A stretch of DNA of 46,658 bases from Dehalococcoidia bacterium. Lineage in GTDB: Bacteria > Chloroflexota > Dehalococcoidia > Lucifugimonadales > UBA3495. The position numbers and the translations under genes are program-made. The notes beneath the pieces were generated by a model. That model made no database searches, was not told where the DNA came from, and worked only from the letters and a program-made list of their open reading frames with translations. How positions within the stretch are numbered: position 1 is the first letter of the stretch; every line of letters starts with the position of its first letter. Below, in pieces: positions 1 to 7,785 of the stretch. The stretch spans positions 1-46,658 of the forward strand of contig PBPE01000045.1 in NCBI GenBank assembly GCA_002724585.1, written 5' to 3'.

Positions 1-2
1 AC

Positions 3-734
3 GGGCATTACAGTAGCTGCCATTCTGTAGCTTGGGATATGAACGCTCCAGCTTTCGGAGATAGAACGGTAACTGAACTATTCCAGAAGCATTCTTATCC
101 CTTTGGATTAATTGTGAACGTTAATGGAGAAAGATTCCTTGATGAAGGATATGACTTCCGTAACTACACATACGTAACCTACGGCAGGGCTTTATTAACT
201 CAACCTCAAGGTCTTGCATTCCAGGTGTTTGATCAAAAAATCATCGATAGGGGTTTGTTGAGAGACGAATACTGGATACCGCAGGCTACTATGGCTAAGG
301 CAGACACTCTTGAAGAACTTGCAAGATTATTGGATATTGACCCAGATGGTCTTGTAAATACGGTGAAAGATTACAATGCGGCTGTCCGTACAGACATCCC
401 TTACAACGCAACTGTTAAGGATGGGCGTTGCACCGAAGGACTTGAAGTAAATAAAACGAACTGGGCTGAGATTCTTGATACTCCTCCTTACTACGCATGG
501 GCGGTTACCACGGGTATATCATTCACATTTGGTGGTGTCAAAATTAATACTCGAGGGCAAATAGTAACTAATGCCCAAGAACCCATTCCAGGAGTTTACG
601 CGGCAGGAGAAATGGTCGGCGGGCTGTTTTATTACAATTATCCGGGTGGGTCAGGACTTTCGGCTGGGATGGTATTCGGTAGGCTTGCAGGTACCAGCGC
701 GTCGGAAGATGCTATGAAGCTAAAGGATTTATAG
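3..734 (+). CDS. FAD-binding dehydrogenase, C-terminal part (TcuA / fumarate-reductase-flavoprotein-like); 5' end lies outside the window
   Basis: The frame is open from nt 3 (GHYSSCHSVAWDM...), so the ATG at 39 is internal. The tail GVYAAGEMVGGLFYYNYPGGSGLSAGMVFGRLAG is the conserved FAD-contacting C-terminus of this family. Stop TAG at 732-734. Confidence 0.75.
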   Translation, partial: GHYSSCHSVAWDMNAPAFGDRTVTELFQKHSYPFGLIVNVNGERFLDEGYDFRNYTYVTYGRALLTQPQGLAFQVFDQKIIDRGLLRDEYWIPQATMAKADTLEELARLLDIDPDGLVNTVKDYNAAVRTDIPYNATVKDGRCTEGLEVNKTNWAEILDTPPYYAWAVTTGISFTFGGVKINTRGQIVTNAQEPIPGVYAAGEMVGGLFYYNYPGGSGLSAGMVFGRLAGTSASEDAMKLKDL

Positions 735-739
735 ACGGT

Positions 740-759
740 ATTCTGCCTTTACGCAGAAT
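740..759 (+). terminator. Weak hairpin directly after the flavoprotein stop
   Basis: ATTCTGC-cttac-type loop-GCAGAAT (7-bp perfect stem, 6-nt loop) followed by TTT. Short stem and short U tract. Confidence 0.3.
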
Positions 760-829
760 TTCAAGAGTATTGATGAGGTCAACTAGCGGGATATATGCCG
801 GTTGACCTCTATTGTTAGGGTGAAATTAG

Positions 830-1663
830 TTGAATCGATATGAAACCCGAGTAAAGACACTTTCTAAAGAATCGAAGTTATTTATAGATTATTTACATCA
901 ACTTTCTCCTACTGACTGGGACGTTCCTTCTGCTTGTGCTGGTTGGTCTGTCGGGGATGTGCTTGGTCACTTGACGGGTCAGGACTTCTCCCTGCGCATA
1001 CTCAGGGGACTACAAGGAAATATATCTCCACCTGATGGAAGCCCCCAAGTAAATAATCACAATGAAGATGACTTTGCAAAGTCCATTTTCGATCGAGGTA
1101 TTGCAACTAACGCTCAGTTAGGCACTAACTTGTTATCAACCTTTGAGCAGAGAGTATCGGACATTATTAAAGTGTTTGAACAAGTTAAATCAGACCAGTG
1201 GGATACTCTCTGCTATTGGCCTCCAGGTCCGGAAAAGGTTTCGACTATGCTCGATATGAGAATCAGCGAACTTACCATGCACGCTTGGGATATCAGATCA
1301 AGATTTGAACCCGACTATCATTTATCCCATGAAAGCGTGACTGTATTGATGGACACGGTCAATAGGGCCGTAAGGAGAGCTTTCAGACCCGATCCTGAAT
1401 TGAATATACCGAGGCGGTATAGATTTGTAGTTGATCATGATGGTCAACAGAGAATGGATATTGTTCTTTCAGCAGCCGGAGGGTCTGTGGAGATCTCAGT
1501 TGATTATGTCCCGTACGGCACCTTCAAGTGCAGCGGAGAGACATACGTTATGCTCTTTTACGGTCGTATCAAGGCTACGGAAGCCACTGCTAAAGGATTA
1601 TTGGATTGCGCCGATCATTGGGATATGGCAGCTGACCTTGACGGGCGGTTTAAAGGAGGGTGA
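830..1663 (+). CDS. DinB-superfamily / mycothiol-maleylpyruvate-isomerase N-terminal domain (MDMPI_N)-like protein
   Basis: 277-aa ORF with a TTG start. The N-terminal motif WDVPSACAGWSVGDVLGHLTG, plus the later HAWD, is typical of the MDMPI_N/TIGR03083-type four-helix metal-binding domain. Confidence 0.6.
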   Translation: MNRYETRVKTLSKESKLFIDYLHQLSPTDWDVPSACAGWSVGDVLGHLTGQDFSLRILRGLQGNISPPDGSPQVNNHNEDDFAKSIFDRGIATNAQLGTNLLSTFEQRVSDIIKVFEQVKSDQWDTLCYWPPGPEKVSTMLDMRISELTMHAWDIRSRFEPDYHLSHESVTVLMDTVNRAVRRAFRPDPELNIPRRYRFVVDHDGQQRMDIVLSAAGGSVEISVDYVPYGTFKCSGETYVMLFYGRIKATEATAKGLLDCADHWDMAADLDGRFKGG

Positions 1664-1701
1664 GTCTGGAGAATTCCGGATAAATTAGTTGTTTTATCTG
1701 A

Positions 1702-1729
1702 TTGTTCTGATGTGCTAAAGGTATATACT
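1702..1729 (+). promoter_or_regulatory. Candidate sigma70-type promoter for the tandem MFS genes
   Basis: TTGTTC (1702-1707), 16-nt spacer, TATACT (1724-1729), about 27 nt upstream of the ATG at 1756. Confidence 0.35.
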
Positions 1730-1755
1730 TGGCTACATACTGAATGTAAATCCAT

Positions 1756-3060
1756 ATGATTAATCGATTATTCACAAATAAAAACCCAATTTACTACGGT
1801 TGGTATATAGTTGCTACCGCTATGATCATCGGGTTTATCGGAGCGGGGAGCAGACAGGGATTCGGAATCTTTGTCGTTCCAATGAGCGAGGAATTTGGCT
1901 GGAACCGGGGAACGATCTCCTTTGCGGCGTCATTGGGGTTCCTTCTGAACGGGGTGGTACAGCCATTCATGGGCAGCTTTTTTGATAAGCTGGGCGGGCG
2001 AAAAGTTATATTGACATGCTTGTTAGTTCTCGGACTGACAACTGTGTCTCTCGCTTTCACTTTTCACATTCTCTTCCTGATTTTCATGTTTGGCGTTATA
2101 AGTTCGTGTGCTTTAAGCGGCGTCTCTATCACGACAACAGGAGCGTTGCTCAGTAAATGGTTTAGGAAACGGAGAGCGACAGCGGTGTCTATTAGTGCTG
2201 CTGGTATGTCTTTGGGAGGGCTTATACTTGTTCCCTTCTCAATGTATTTACTTCAGGCAACAAATTGGAGAATCACCTGGGCGGTTCTAGGATTCATGAT
2301 ACTGGGTATCTCATTGCCAATGGCTATTGCATTTATTCGGGATGACCCAGAGAAACTGGGATTGAATCCAGATGGTGAGAAAGAGTTATCAGAGGGAGAA
2401 TCCAAGCGCAAAGCGGTTAATTGTGGTCCACTTGAGACAGATAGTTGGCTTGTCTCGTTCAGGTCTGCACCTATATGGCAAATGAGCGGGTCGTATTTTG
2501 TGTGTGGGGCTACAACTGGGATCATATCAGTGCACTTTGTACCTCATGCGTTGGAACTAGGTATATCCCCTGGTCGTTCGGCAATCATATTTGGGTTTAT
2601 GATGTCATTAAATTTGGTAGGCGCTATTACTGCTGGATTGGTCTCAGATCGGTTTAGCCGTAAGAATTTATTGGGATTGACGTATTTCCTTCGCGGGTGT
2701 GGTTACGCTTTATTAGTATTAGTGCCAGGCGAGCTCAGCTTGTGGGCTTTTGCCGCAGTAGCTGGACTTTCTTGGATAGCAACTGCTCCTCTCACCACCG
2801 CATTGACAGCCGACGTTTATGGTTTGAAAGCACTCGGTACTATAAGTGGCATCTCCTTTTTCTTCCATGCATTCGGTAGTTTTGTGAGCATTCTTTTAGC
2901 AGGAATACTCTACGATATAACCGGTTCATACAATGTTCCCTTTGCTATTGCCGGCGCTTTATTGCTGCCGGCAGCTTTGTCAGCTTGGACAATTCGTGAA
3001 CGGAAGTATTCGAATAGATACGTAACCGTTGAACCGAGTCTACAAACAGCAGGTGATTAG
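1756..3060 (+). CDS. MFS transporter (oxalate/formate-antiporter-like subfamily), copy 1
   Basis: 434 aa and about 12 hydrophobic helices. N-terminal YYGWYIVA motif, a central hydrophilic loop, and a DRFSRK loop motif. Confidence 0.85.
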   Translation: MINRLFTNKNPIYYGWYIVATAMIIGFIGAGSRQGFGIFVVPMSEEFGWNRGTISFAASLGFLLNGVVQPFMGSFFDKLGGRKVILTCLLVLGLTTVSLAFTFHILFLIFMFGVISSCALSGVSITTTGALLSKWFRKRRATAVSISAAGMSLGGLILVPFSMYLLQATNWRITWAVLGFMILGISLPMAIAFIRDDPEKLGLNPDGEKELSEGESKRKAVNCGPLETDSWLVSFRSAPIWQMSGSYFVCGATTGIISVHFVPHALELGISPGRSAIIFGFMMSLNLVGAITAGLVSDRFSRKNLLGLTYFLRGCGYALLVLVPGELSLWAFAAVAGLSWIATAPLTTALTADVYGLKALGTISGISFFFHAFGSFVSILLAGILYDITGSYNVPFAIAGALLLPAALSAWTIRERKYSNRYVTVEPSLQTAGD

Positions 3061-3083
3061 GTATCACGGAGGATTAGGTTTGT

Positions 3084-4388
3084 ATGGACACTAGCGGTCA
3101 ATCTCAGCCAAGAATATTTTATGGTTGGTATATCGTCGCGACCTGCTTCTTTGTCGCCTTCCTGACGGTGGGACTCAGGAACTGTTTTGGGATTTTTGTA
3201 ATTCCAATGAGCGAAGAATTGGGCTGGAATAGAACAACTATATCCTTTGCTGCTGCATTAGGTTTTTTGGTTAATGGTGTCACGCAGCCATTCATAGGTT
3301 ATATCTTTGATAAGCTCGGTGGTCGTAGAGTTATTACGATAGGGTTGGCGGTTATGGGGATCGCTGCCATCAGTTTGTCATTTACATTTCATATCCTATT
3401 CTTGGTCTTTGTATTCAGCTTGGTTCTGTCGACAGCACTTAGCGGCCCATCTCTAAGTAATACCATGGCAATGATCTCTAAGTGGTTTCGAGAAAAAAGA
3501 GCAACGGCTGTCTCCCTCAACTCCGTTGGTACTTCTATGGGTGGACTAATACTTGTGCCGTTTGCCATGTATTTTATGCAGGCAACAAACTGGAGATTGA
3601 CCTGGGCTGCTTTGGGCCTGGTAATGATCGTGCTAGCAGTTCCTTTATGTTTAGTATTTCTAAGAAACGATCCTTCTGAGAAAGGGCTACTGCCTGACGG
3701 GCAATTAGACTCTTCAGAAAAAGGACACGAAGGTCGTAATAGGGAGGTATATGGTGAATATGAAGTAAGTAATTGGCAAGATTCATTCAAGACACCGCCT
3801 ATGTGGCAGTTGTCTGGTTCTTATGTGGTGTGTGGAATCACTACAGGTACAATATCAACGCATTTTGTCCCTTTAGCGATTGATCGTGGCGCAAGTCCTT
3901 CTATGGCCGCTTTAATATTTGGAGTCATGATGGGGCTCAATGTCTTTGGAGGACTAGGAGCTGGAATCCTATCAGATAAGTTTAAGCGCAAGAATATCCT
4001 CGGAGCTGTTTATTTTATGCGGGGTCTGGCGTATGTGGCTTTATTAATCTTTCCCTCAACATACGGTCTCTGGGCGTTTGCGATTACTTCAGGTTTTTCA
4101 TGGGTAGCAAGCGTGCCATTGACTTCATCGCTGACAGCCGACGTATATGGCCTTAAGGCTTTGGGGACTATATCTGGAGTGACCTTTTTCTGTCATCAGG
4201 TGGGCAGCTTTGGAATGATTTTGTTGGCTGGGTTTTTATTTGATGTTACTGGTTCATATGACGTACCATTTGCCATAGCCGGTGCCTTTTTGTTTCCGGC
4301 GGCGTTGTCTGCTTTTACTATCAAAGAGACTAAGTACTCGGCGCGATATTCTTATCGCATTAACGAGACCGCGTCTATGGGGTACTAA
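3084..4388 (+). CDS. MFS transporter, tandem paralog (copy 2)
   Basis: Exactly 434 aa and colinear with copy 1 (FYGWYIVAT, PMSEELGWNR, FDKLGGRRV, TADVYGLKALGTISG are shared nearly verbatim). GGAGG RBS at 3069-3073. Confidence 0.85.
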   Translation: MDTSGQSQPRIFYGWYIVATCFFVAFLTVGLRNCFGIFVIPMSEELGWNRTTISFAAALGFLVNGVTQPFIGYIFDKLGGRRVITIGLAVMGIAAISLSFTFHILFLVFVFSLVLSTALSGPSLSNTMAMISKWFREKRATAVSLNSVGTSMGGLILVPFAMYFMQATNWRLTWAALGLVMIVLAVPLCLVFLRNDPSEKGLLPDGQLDSSEKGHEGRNREVYGEYEVSNWQDSFKTPPMWQLSGSYVVCGITTGTISTHFVPLAIDRGASPSMAALIFGVMMGLNVFGGLGAGILSDKFKRKNILGAVYFMRGLAYVALLIFPSTYGLWAFAITSGFSWVASVPLTSSLTADVYGLKALGTISGVTFFCHQVGSFGMILLAGFLFDVTGSYDVPFAIAGAFLFPAALSAFTIKETKYSARYSYRINETASMGY

Positions 4389-4391
4389 CCG

Positions 4392-4583
4392 ATGCCCCTT
4401 TTTAACTTGATTTTATTGCACCATGGCGAGTCTGCAGATCCAGAACTATTGAAATGGATTAAAGACTTATTGGATCACTTTTTTGGAAGTGGCCCTTGGG
4501 CGGTAGTGATTCTCTTAGGATCAGCAATCTGCCTGATGCCGTTGATAGTTATATTGGTTTATATTATTCAGAATAGACGGTAG
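4392..4583 (+). CDS. Small membrane protein (63 aa, one C-terminal TM helix), function unknown
   Basis: The ATG lies 3 nt after the MFS stop, which suggests translational coupling. Hydrophobic helix WAVVILLGSAICLMPLIVILVYII followed by a basic end NRR. Confidence 0.45.
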   Translation: MPLFNLILLHHGESADPELLKWIKDLLDHFFGSGPWAVVILLGSAICLMPLIVILVYIIQNRR

Positions 4584-4634
4584 CCAAAGATTATTTGATG
4601 TGTCAGGGGCTTTGAAATACGTATAGTTAGGCTC

Positions 4635-4663
4635 TTGATATCTATCTAAAATAACGTTAGACT
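4635..4663 (+). promoter_or_regulatory. Candidate sigma70-type promoter of the small-ORF unit
   Basis: TTGATA (4635-4640), 17-nt spacer, TAGACT (4658-4663). Confidence 0.4.
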
Positions 4664-4776
4664 AATTTACGTTTTCAAGGTGGTGTGGTGACAGATGGTG
4701 CCGGTGGGTGCCACGCTTACGTGCAGCGTCAAGTGTACGCTGCAAACCTTAATGAGGAGGAAGGTTAGCATAGCTT

Positions 4777-4971
4777 ATGTTTAACAAATCATCGCTAGAA
4801 CAATTATTTGACGAATTACGTGACGAATACGAACTCGAGCCTGATTGGGAAGAGATTCAACGAGATGCACACCTTGGTGTAGCTTACGCTGACTCGGGCA
4901 TGCTGGACGATCGAAAAGACAGCCTAGATTCTAGGTCTGTCGCATTGGTGACAAAACACAATCCCGGCTAA
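4777..4971 (+). CDS. Hypothetical small acidic protein (64 aa)
   Basis: GAGGAGGAAGG lies upstream of the ATG, though the spacing is rather long. The ORF is bracketed by its own promoter-like element and a strong terminator. No recognisable domain. Confidence 0.45.
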   Translation: MFNKSSLEQLFDELRDEYELEPDWEEIQRDAHLGVAYADSGMLDDRKDSLDSRSVALVTKHNPG

Positions 4972-4997
4972 GAAATAAAACATCAGGTTATTATGAA

Positions 4998-5040
4998 CCC
5001 TTAGATCTCGGCATTATTTGTGGATCTGAGGGTTTTTTTT
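4998..5040 (+). terminator. Rho-independent terminator
   Basis: CCCTTAGATC (4998-5007) pairs with GATCTGAGGG (5023-5032), including one G-U pair, and is followed by T8 (5033-5040). Confidence 0.7.
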
Positions 5041-5067
5041 GTGCAGGGTAATACTAAATCTTAGATC

Positions 5068-5892
5068 ATGGAGATGTCTCCTATGTTATCCGTAGGTTCA
5101 TGCCAATATATAGATGTCCGACAACAAGAATATGTGGCTATCATTACGTTGAATAGGCCAGCCCGGTTAAATGCGATCACATGGGATATGGCTACTGAAA
5201 TCCATGGTGTGTTGGATTGTATAGATAATGCGTTTCCTGCAATTAGGGCTGTGGTTATTACTGGAGAAGGGAGAGGATTCTGCTCAGGTGCCGATGTTTC
5301 CGATATGGCCAAGAGACTTAATAATCGGCAAGCAAATGACTCAAATGTGACCGATCAACCGTCTATCACAATGCAACTTGCACCCCATTTCCGTATAATT
5401 TCGCAGCCGATCATTGCTGCAATAAATGGAGTAGCAGCTGGAGCAGGCTTGGGAGTTGCCCTTGCAAGTGATATTCGAATAGCTTCTACTGAAGCGAGGG
5501 TAGGATCTGTATTTGTTAAACGTTCACTTGTTCCGGATACTGGTGTGTCTCAGTTGATAGGGGCGATGGCCGGACCTGGTATAGCTTATGAGATGTCGCT
5601 AACTGGAAATATTTATGATGCGGACTGGGCATTGGCTAAAGGGTTAATCAATGAAATTGTTCCTCATAATCAGGTAACTATAAGAGCAATCGATTTAGCT
5701 AATCAAATATCCTCTAACCCTCCCTTAGCTGTAAAAGCTACTAAACAACTTATGAGGAATATTTATCCAGATTTGCAACAGATTATTGAAGCAGAGCACG
5801 AAGCAAATCGAGACATACATGGTTCTGAAGATAGGCTAGAAGCTGTTAATGCCTTCTTGGAGAAAAGAGAGCCCAAATTTATCGGTAAATAG
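5068..5892 (+). CDS. Enoyl-CoA hydratase/isomerase (crotonase) family protein
   Basis: Oxyanion-hole motifs GEGRGFCSGADV and AAINGVAAGAGLGVALASDIRIA. The start is uncertain: ATGs at 5068, 5074 and 5083, with GGAG at 5070-5073 favouring 5083. Confidence 0.85.
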   Translation: MEMSPMLSVGSCQYIDVRQQEYVAIITLNRPARLNAITWDMATEIHGVLDCIDNAFPAIRAVVITGEGRGFCSGADVSDMAKRLNNRQANDSNVTDQPSITMQLAPHFRIISQPIIAAINGVAAGAGLGVALASDIRIASTEARVGSVFVKRSLVPDTGVSQLIGAMAGPGIAYEMSLTGNIYDADWALAKGLINEIVPHNQVTIRAIDLANQISSNPPLAVKATKQLMRNIYPDLQQIIEAEHEANRDIHGSEDRLEAVNAFLEKREPKFIGK

Positions 5893-5918
5893 GCTTGTTT
5901 GCTAGAATAAAATTCTGT

Positions 5919-6221
5919 TTATACTTGGGAATTCCCTTGTTCCACGTCTGAAGGGTCATCGATTGGAACAGCTTTGCCCCCGATAACCCGGTAATGATGT
6001 ATAGCATCATCGCCTATAACAGGTATGGAAAAGGTATCTTTTTCGGTTGTTCCCCTGAATTTTAAAAGCTCCTGTCTTGCTGTTTCGTTGGGATCGAGAT
6101 GATCCTCTGTTGACGAAATATTGAGGAGAGATTTTAGTGCAGTGTCAAAAGATGTTGTTTTGCTGCATTGTGAATAAATGAAATCGTATACCTCATCTGA
6201 TATTGTTACAGTCTTAGACAT
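5919..6221 (-). CDS. Hypothetical protein with a VapB/ribbon-helix-helix-like antitoxin N-terminus
   Basis: Start taken at the internal ATG preceded by AGGTGA. The N-terminus MSKTVTISDEVYDFIYSQCSKTTSFDTALKSLL resembles the KTI(T/R)VSDEVYERL...SFSDVI pattern of archaeal-type putative antitoxins (DUF217/VapB-like). The C-terminal 60 aa is unassigned. Confidence 0.45.
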   Translation of the reverse strand: MSKTVTISDEVYDFIYSQCSKTTSFDTALKSLLNISSTEDHLDPNETARQELLKFRGTTEKDTFSIPVIGDDAIHHYRVIGGKAVPIDDPSDVEQGNSQV

Positions 6222-6415
6222 ATAATCACCTGCCAATTTGCTGATCAGTATATACCATCACAGTTCTCGTATCTTCGGTATTTAATAAACTCTTTATGCT
6301 TGTATCCCTGATCCGAACGCTCGGATCTGAAAAGCACTTATGGCGTTATACAATAAGGAGTGCAGAACTATTAGGCATCGGAAAGGTAGTAAACCAATAA
6401 ATTCTGTGATGATTA

Positions 6416-6883
6416 TTGAGGAAAAGAAATAATATAAAAGAGGATAATGTTATATATCAGTTAGTAGAGAGGAGGTCACGAAAGGACATGTTAGGAATAG
6501 CTAATATATTCAGAATTTGTGGGGTTCTTCACATATTCATTACATTGGGATTATCCGTATCAATATTTGCAGGTATCTGGTTGCCAGACGGTGCAACCAT
6601 TGACCATATCGGCACTGGAAAAGTACTAGTGGGGCTGATCCTGAGCCATGGAATAGGTGTTGGAGTTCTTCTAATCCTTTCAAGTTTTATTACAGACGTG
6701 CCCTCTGCCAAGAAAATCTTACTTGGGGAAATCGTACTGTCAATTTGTCTCCTGCTAGCATTTATATACAATTCATTTGTACTAGATTCTTGGTACAATG
6801 GCCCACCTATAGTGATATGGGTAGTGACGGCGGTACTTATACTACTAAGTATCTATGGACGTCTCAGGGTAAATAGGATGTAG
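6416..6883 (+). CDS. Hypothetical integral membrane protein (about 4 TM helices)
   Basis: Four hydrophobic segments. TTG start at 6416; the alternative ATG at 6488 is preceded by GGAGG/AAAGGA and may be the real start. Confidence 0.5.
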   Translation: MRKRNNIKEDNVIYQLVERRSRKDMLGIANIFRICGVLHIFITLGLSVSIFAGIWLPDGATIDHIGTGKVLVGLILSHGIGVGVLLILSSFITDVPSAKKILLGEIVLSICLLLAFIYNSFVLDSWYNGPPIVIWVVTAVLILLSIYGRLRVNRM

Positions 6884-6945
6884 GCAATCAACTAGAGTAA
6901 TTTCTTATCGCTACCCATTCAGAGTAAATTTTGAGGAGAATTATT

Positions 6946-7218
6946 ATGAATCTTTGTGTTGTATCAAGTTTTCAAGGTGATGTAGATGAGTTCATGTCGA
7001 TGATGGAGGAATTTGAAGAAGAATTCAAATCTTGTGTATCAGATTGGGAGTGTGGAGTGGTCAACACTAACAAAGCAGGATTTAGTAAAATCATCACAAT
7101 TGTCAACGTTACAGATCAGGAACGAATGGAAGAAATTATGTCATCACCTAAAATGGTTGAGTGGGACAAGGCGCATAATAATACCGACATTATTTACTCA
7201 CTTGATAGAATCAATTAA
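6946..7218 (+). CDS. Hypothetical small acidic cytoplasmic protein (90 aa)
   Basis: ATG at 6946 with GAGGAG 6 nt upstream (6934-6939). No recognised motif. Confidence 0.45.
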   Translation: MNLCVVSSFQGDVDEFMSMMEEFEEEFKSCVSDWECGVVNTNKAGFSKIITIVNVTDQERMEEIMSSPKMVEWDKAHNNTDIIYSLDRIN

Positions 7219-7230
7219 CTAATAATAGAT

Positions 7231-7260
7231 AAGGCCTCCCCCAAAATGCTAGGGCTTTTT
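7231..7260 (+). terminator. Weak terminator-like hairpin
   Basis: AAGGCCT ... AGGGCTT (7-bp stem with one mismatch, 13-nt loop) followed by TTTTT. Confidence 0.3.
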
Positions 7261-7328
7261 GGATAGGTTAATCCAGAGTGCAAAATATCCGTTTTGTGCT
7301 TAAAAGTGCTATAATTCAACTTCTTGGT

Positions 7329-7403
7329 GCGGGTGTAGCTCAGGGGTAGAGCGTTTGCTTCCCAAGCAAAAAGTCGAGAGTTCGAATCTCTTCACCCGCT
7401 CCA
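7329..7403 (+). tRNA. tRNA-Gly (anticodon CCC), with encoded CCA
   Basis: Hand-folded cloverleaf:
- Acceptor stem GCGGGTG/CACCCGC.
- D stem GCTC/GAGC.
- Anticodon stem TTTGC/GCAAA, loop TTCCCAA.
- T stem GAGAG/CTCTT, loop TTCGAAT.
- Discriminator T, then CCA at 7401-7403. Confidence 0.95.
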
Positions 7404-7481
7404 CTAGTCTACTGTTATTTCTGCTTGTATACCTACGATCTAGGGGTATTTTTGCGTTTCCCATTAACCTTAAATTGCCTA

Positions 7482-7510
7482 TTGCAATGACTATGATATG
7501 CTTATACAAT
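7482..7510 (+). promoter_or_regulatory. Candidate sigma70-type promoter for the XRE / Cys-rich protein pair
   Basis: TTGCAA (7482-7487), 17-nt spacer, TACAAT (7505-7510). Confidence 0.5.
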
Positions 7511-7570
7511 GACCATAGAATCGATACAACAAGAGCATGGTGGGTGGTTGTGGCTAACGGGAACCTGAAA

Positions 7571-7756
7571 ATGCTTAGAGAAAGAAGAGCCCTGTCTCTT
7601 AGTGAATTAGCTCTAATGAGCAACGTAAGCCGAGGAACCATAAACCGGATAGAGAACGGGAAGCAAAAACCTTCCCCGAGTACTATCAGAAAACTTGCTC
7701 AGGCTCTTAATGTTAATGTCGAAGAGTTAACTAGTGATCAGGGAAGGTTGATATAA
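7571..7756 (+). CDS. XRE-family helix-turn-helix transcriptional regulator (61 aa)
   Basis: LSLSELALMSNVSRGTINRIENGKQKPSPSTIRKLAQALNV is a classical HTH_3 (Cro/C1) motif. The longer 133-aa ORF overlaps the tRNA and the predicted promoter, so the ATG at 7571 was chosen. Confidence 0.75.
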   Translation: MLRERRALSLSELALMSNVSRGTINRIENGKQKPSPSTIRKLAQALNVNVEELTSDQGRLI

Positions 7757-7785
7757 AGGGTCAAAAGGGGTGATAGGGCGAGGGT

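Noticed and set aside
1431-1688. 85-aa alternative-frame ORF overlapping the end of the DinB-like gene
   Set aside because: It is same-strand, out of frame and nested in a longer motif-bearing CDS. I saw no sign of a frameshift: the DinB-like frame is uninterrupted.
3389-3790. 133-aa and 70-aa minus-strand ORFs inside MFS copy 2 (with analogous ones in copy 1)
   Set aside because: Shadow ORFs opposite a membrane-protein gene.
4670-4776. Assignment of the structured leader to a known riboswitch class (glutamine/Downstream-peptide, guanidine, SAM-II/V, fluoride, ZTP) or to SRP RNA
   Set aside because: None of the conserved core sequences I remember for these classes (for example ACGGAAGUA, ACGR loops, or the GGAA-tetraloop SRP domain) is present. 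It is kept only as an unclassified candidate.
7309-7641. 110-aa minus-strand ORF
   Set aside because: It is antisense to the tRNA-Gly gene and to the XRE promoter and start region. It has a low-complexity product and no RBS, so it is a shadow ORF.
7355-7756. 133-aa ORF in the track that begins inside the tRNA-Gly gene
   Set aside because: The N-terminal 72 codons overlap the tRNA, its downstream hairpin and the predicted promoter, and they have no protein-like features. Only the C-terminal 61-aa HTH_3 domain, starting at the ATG at 7571, is retained.
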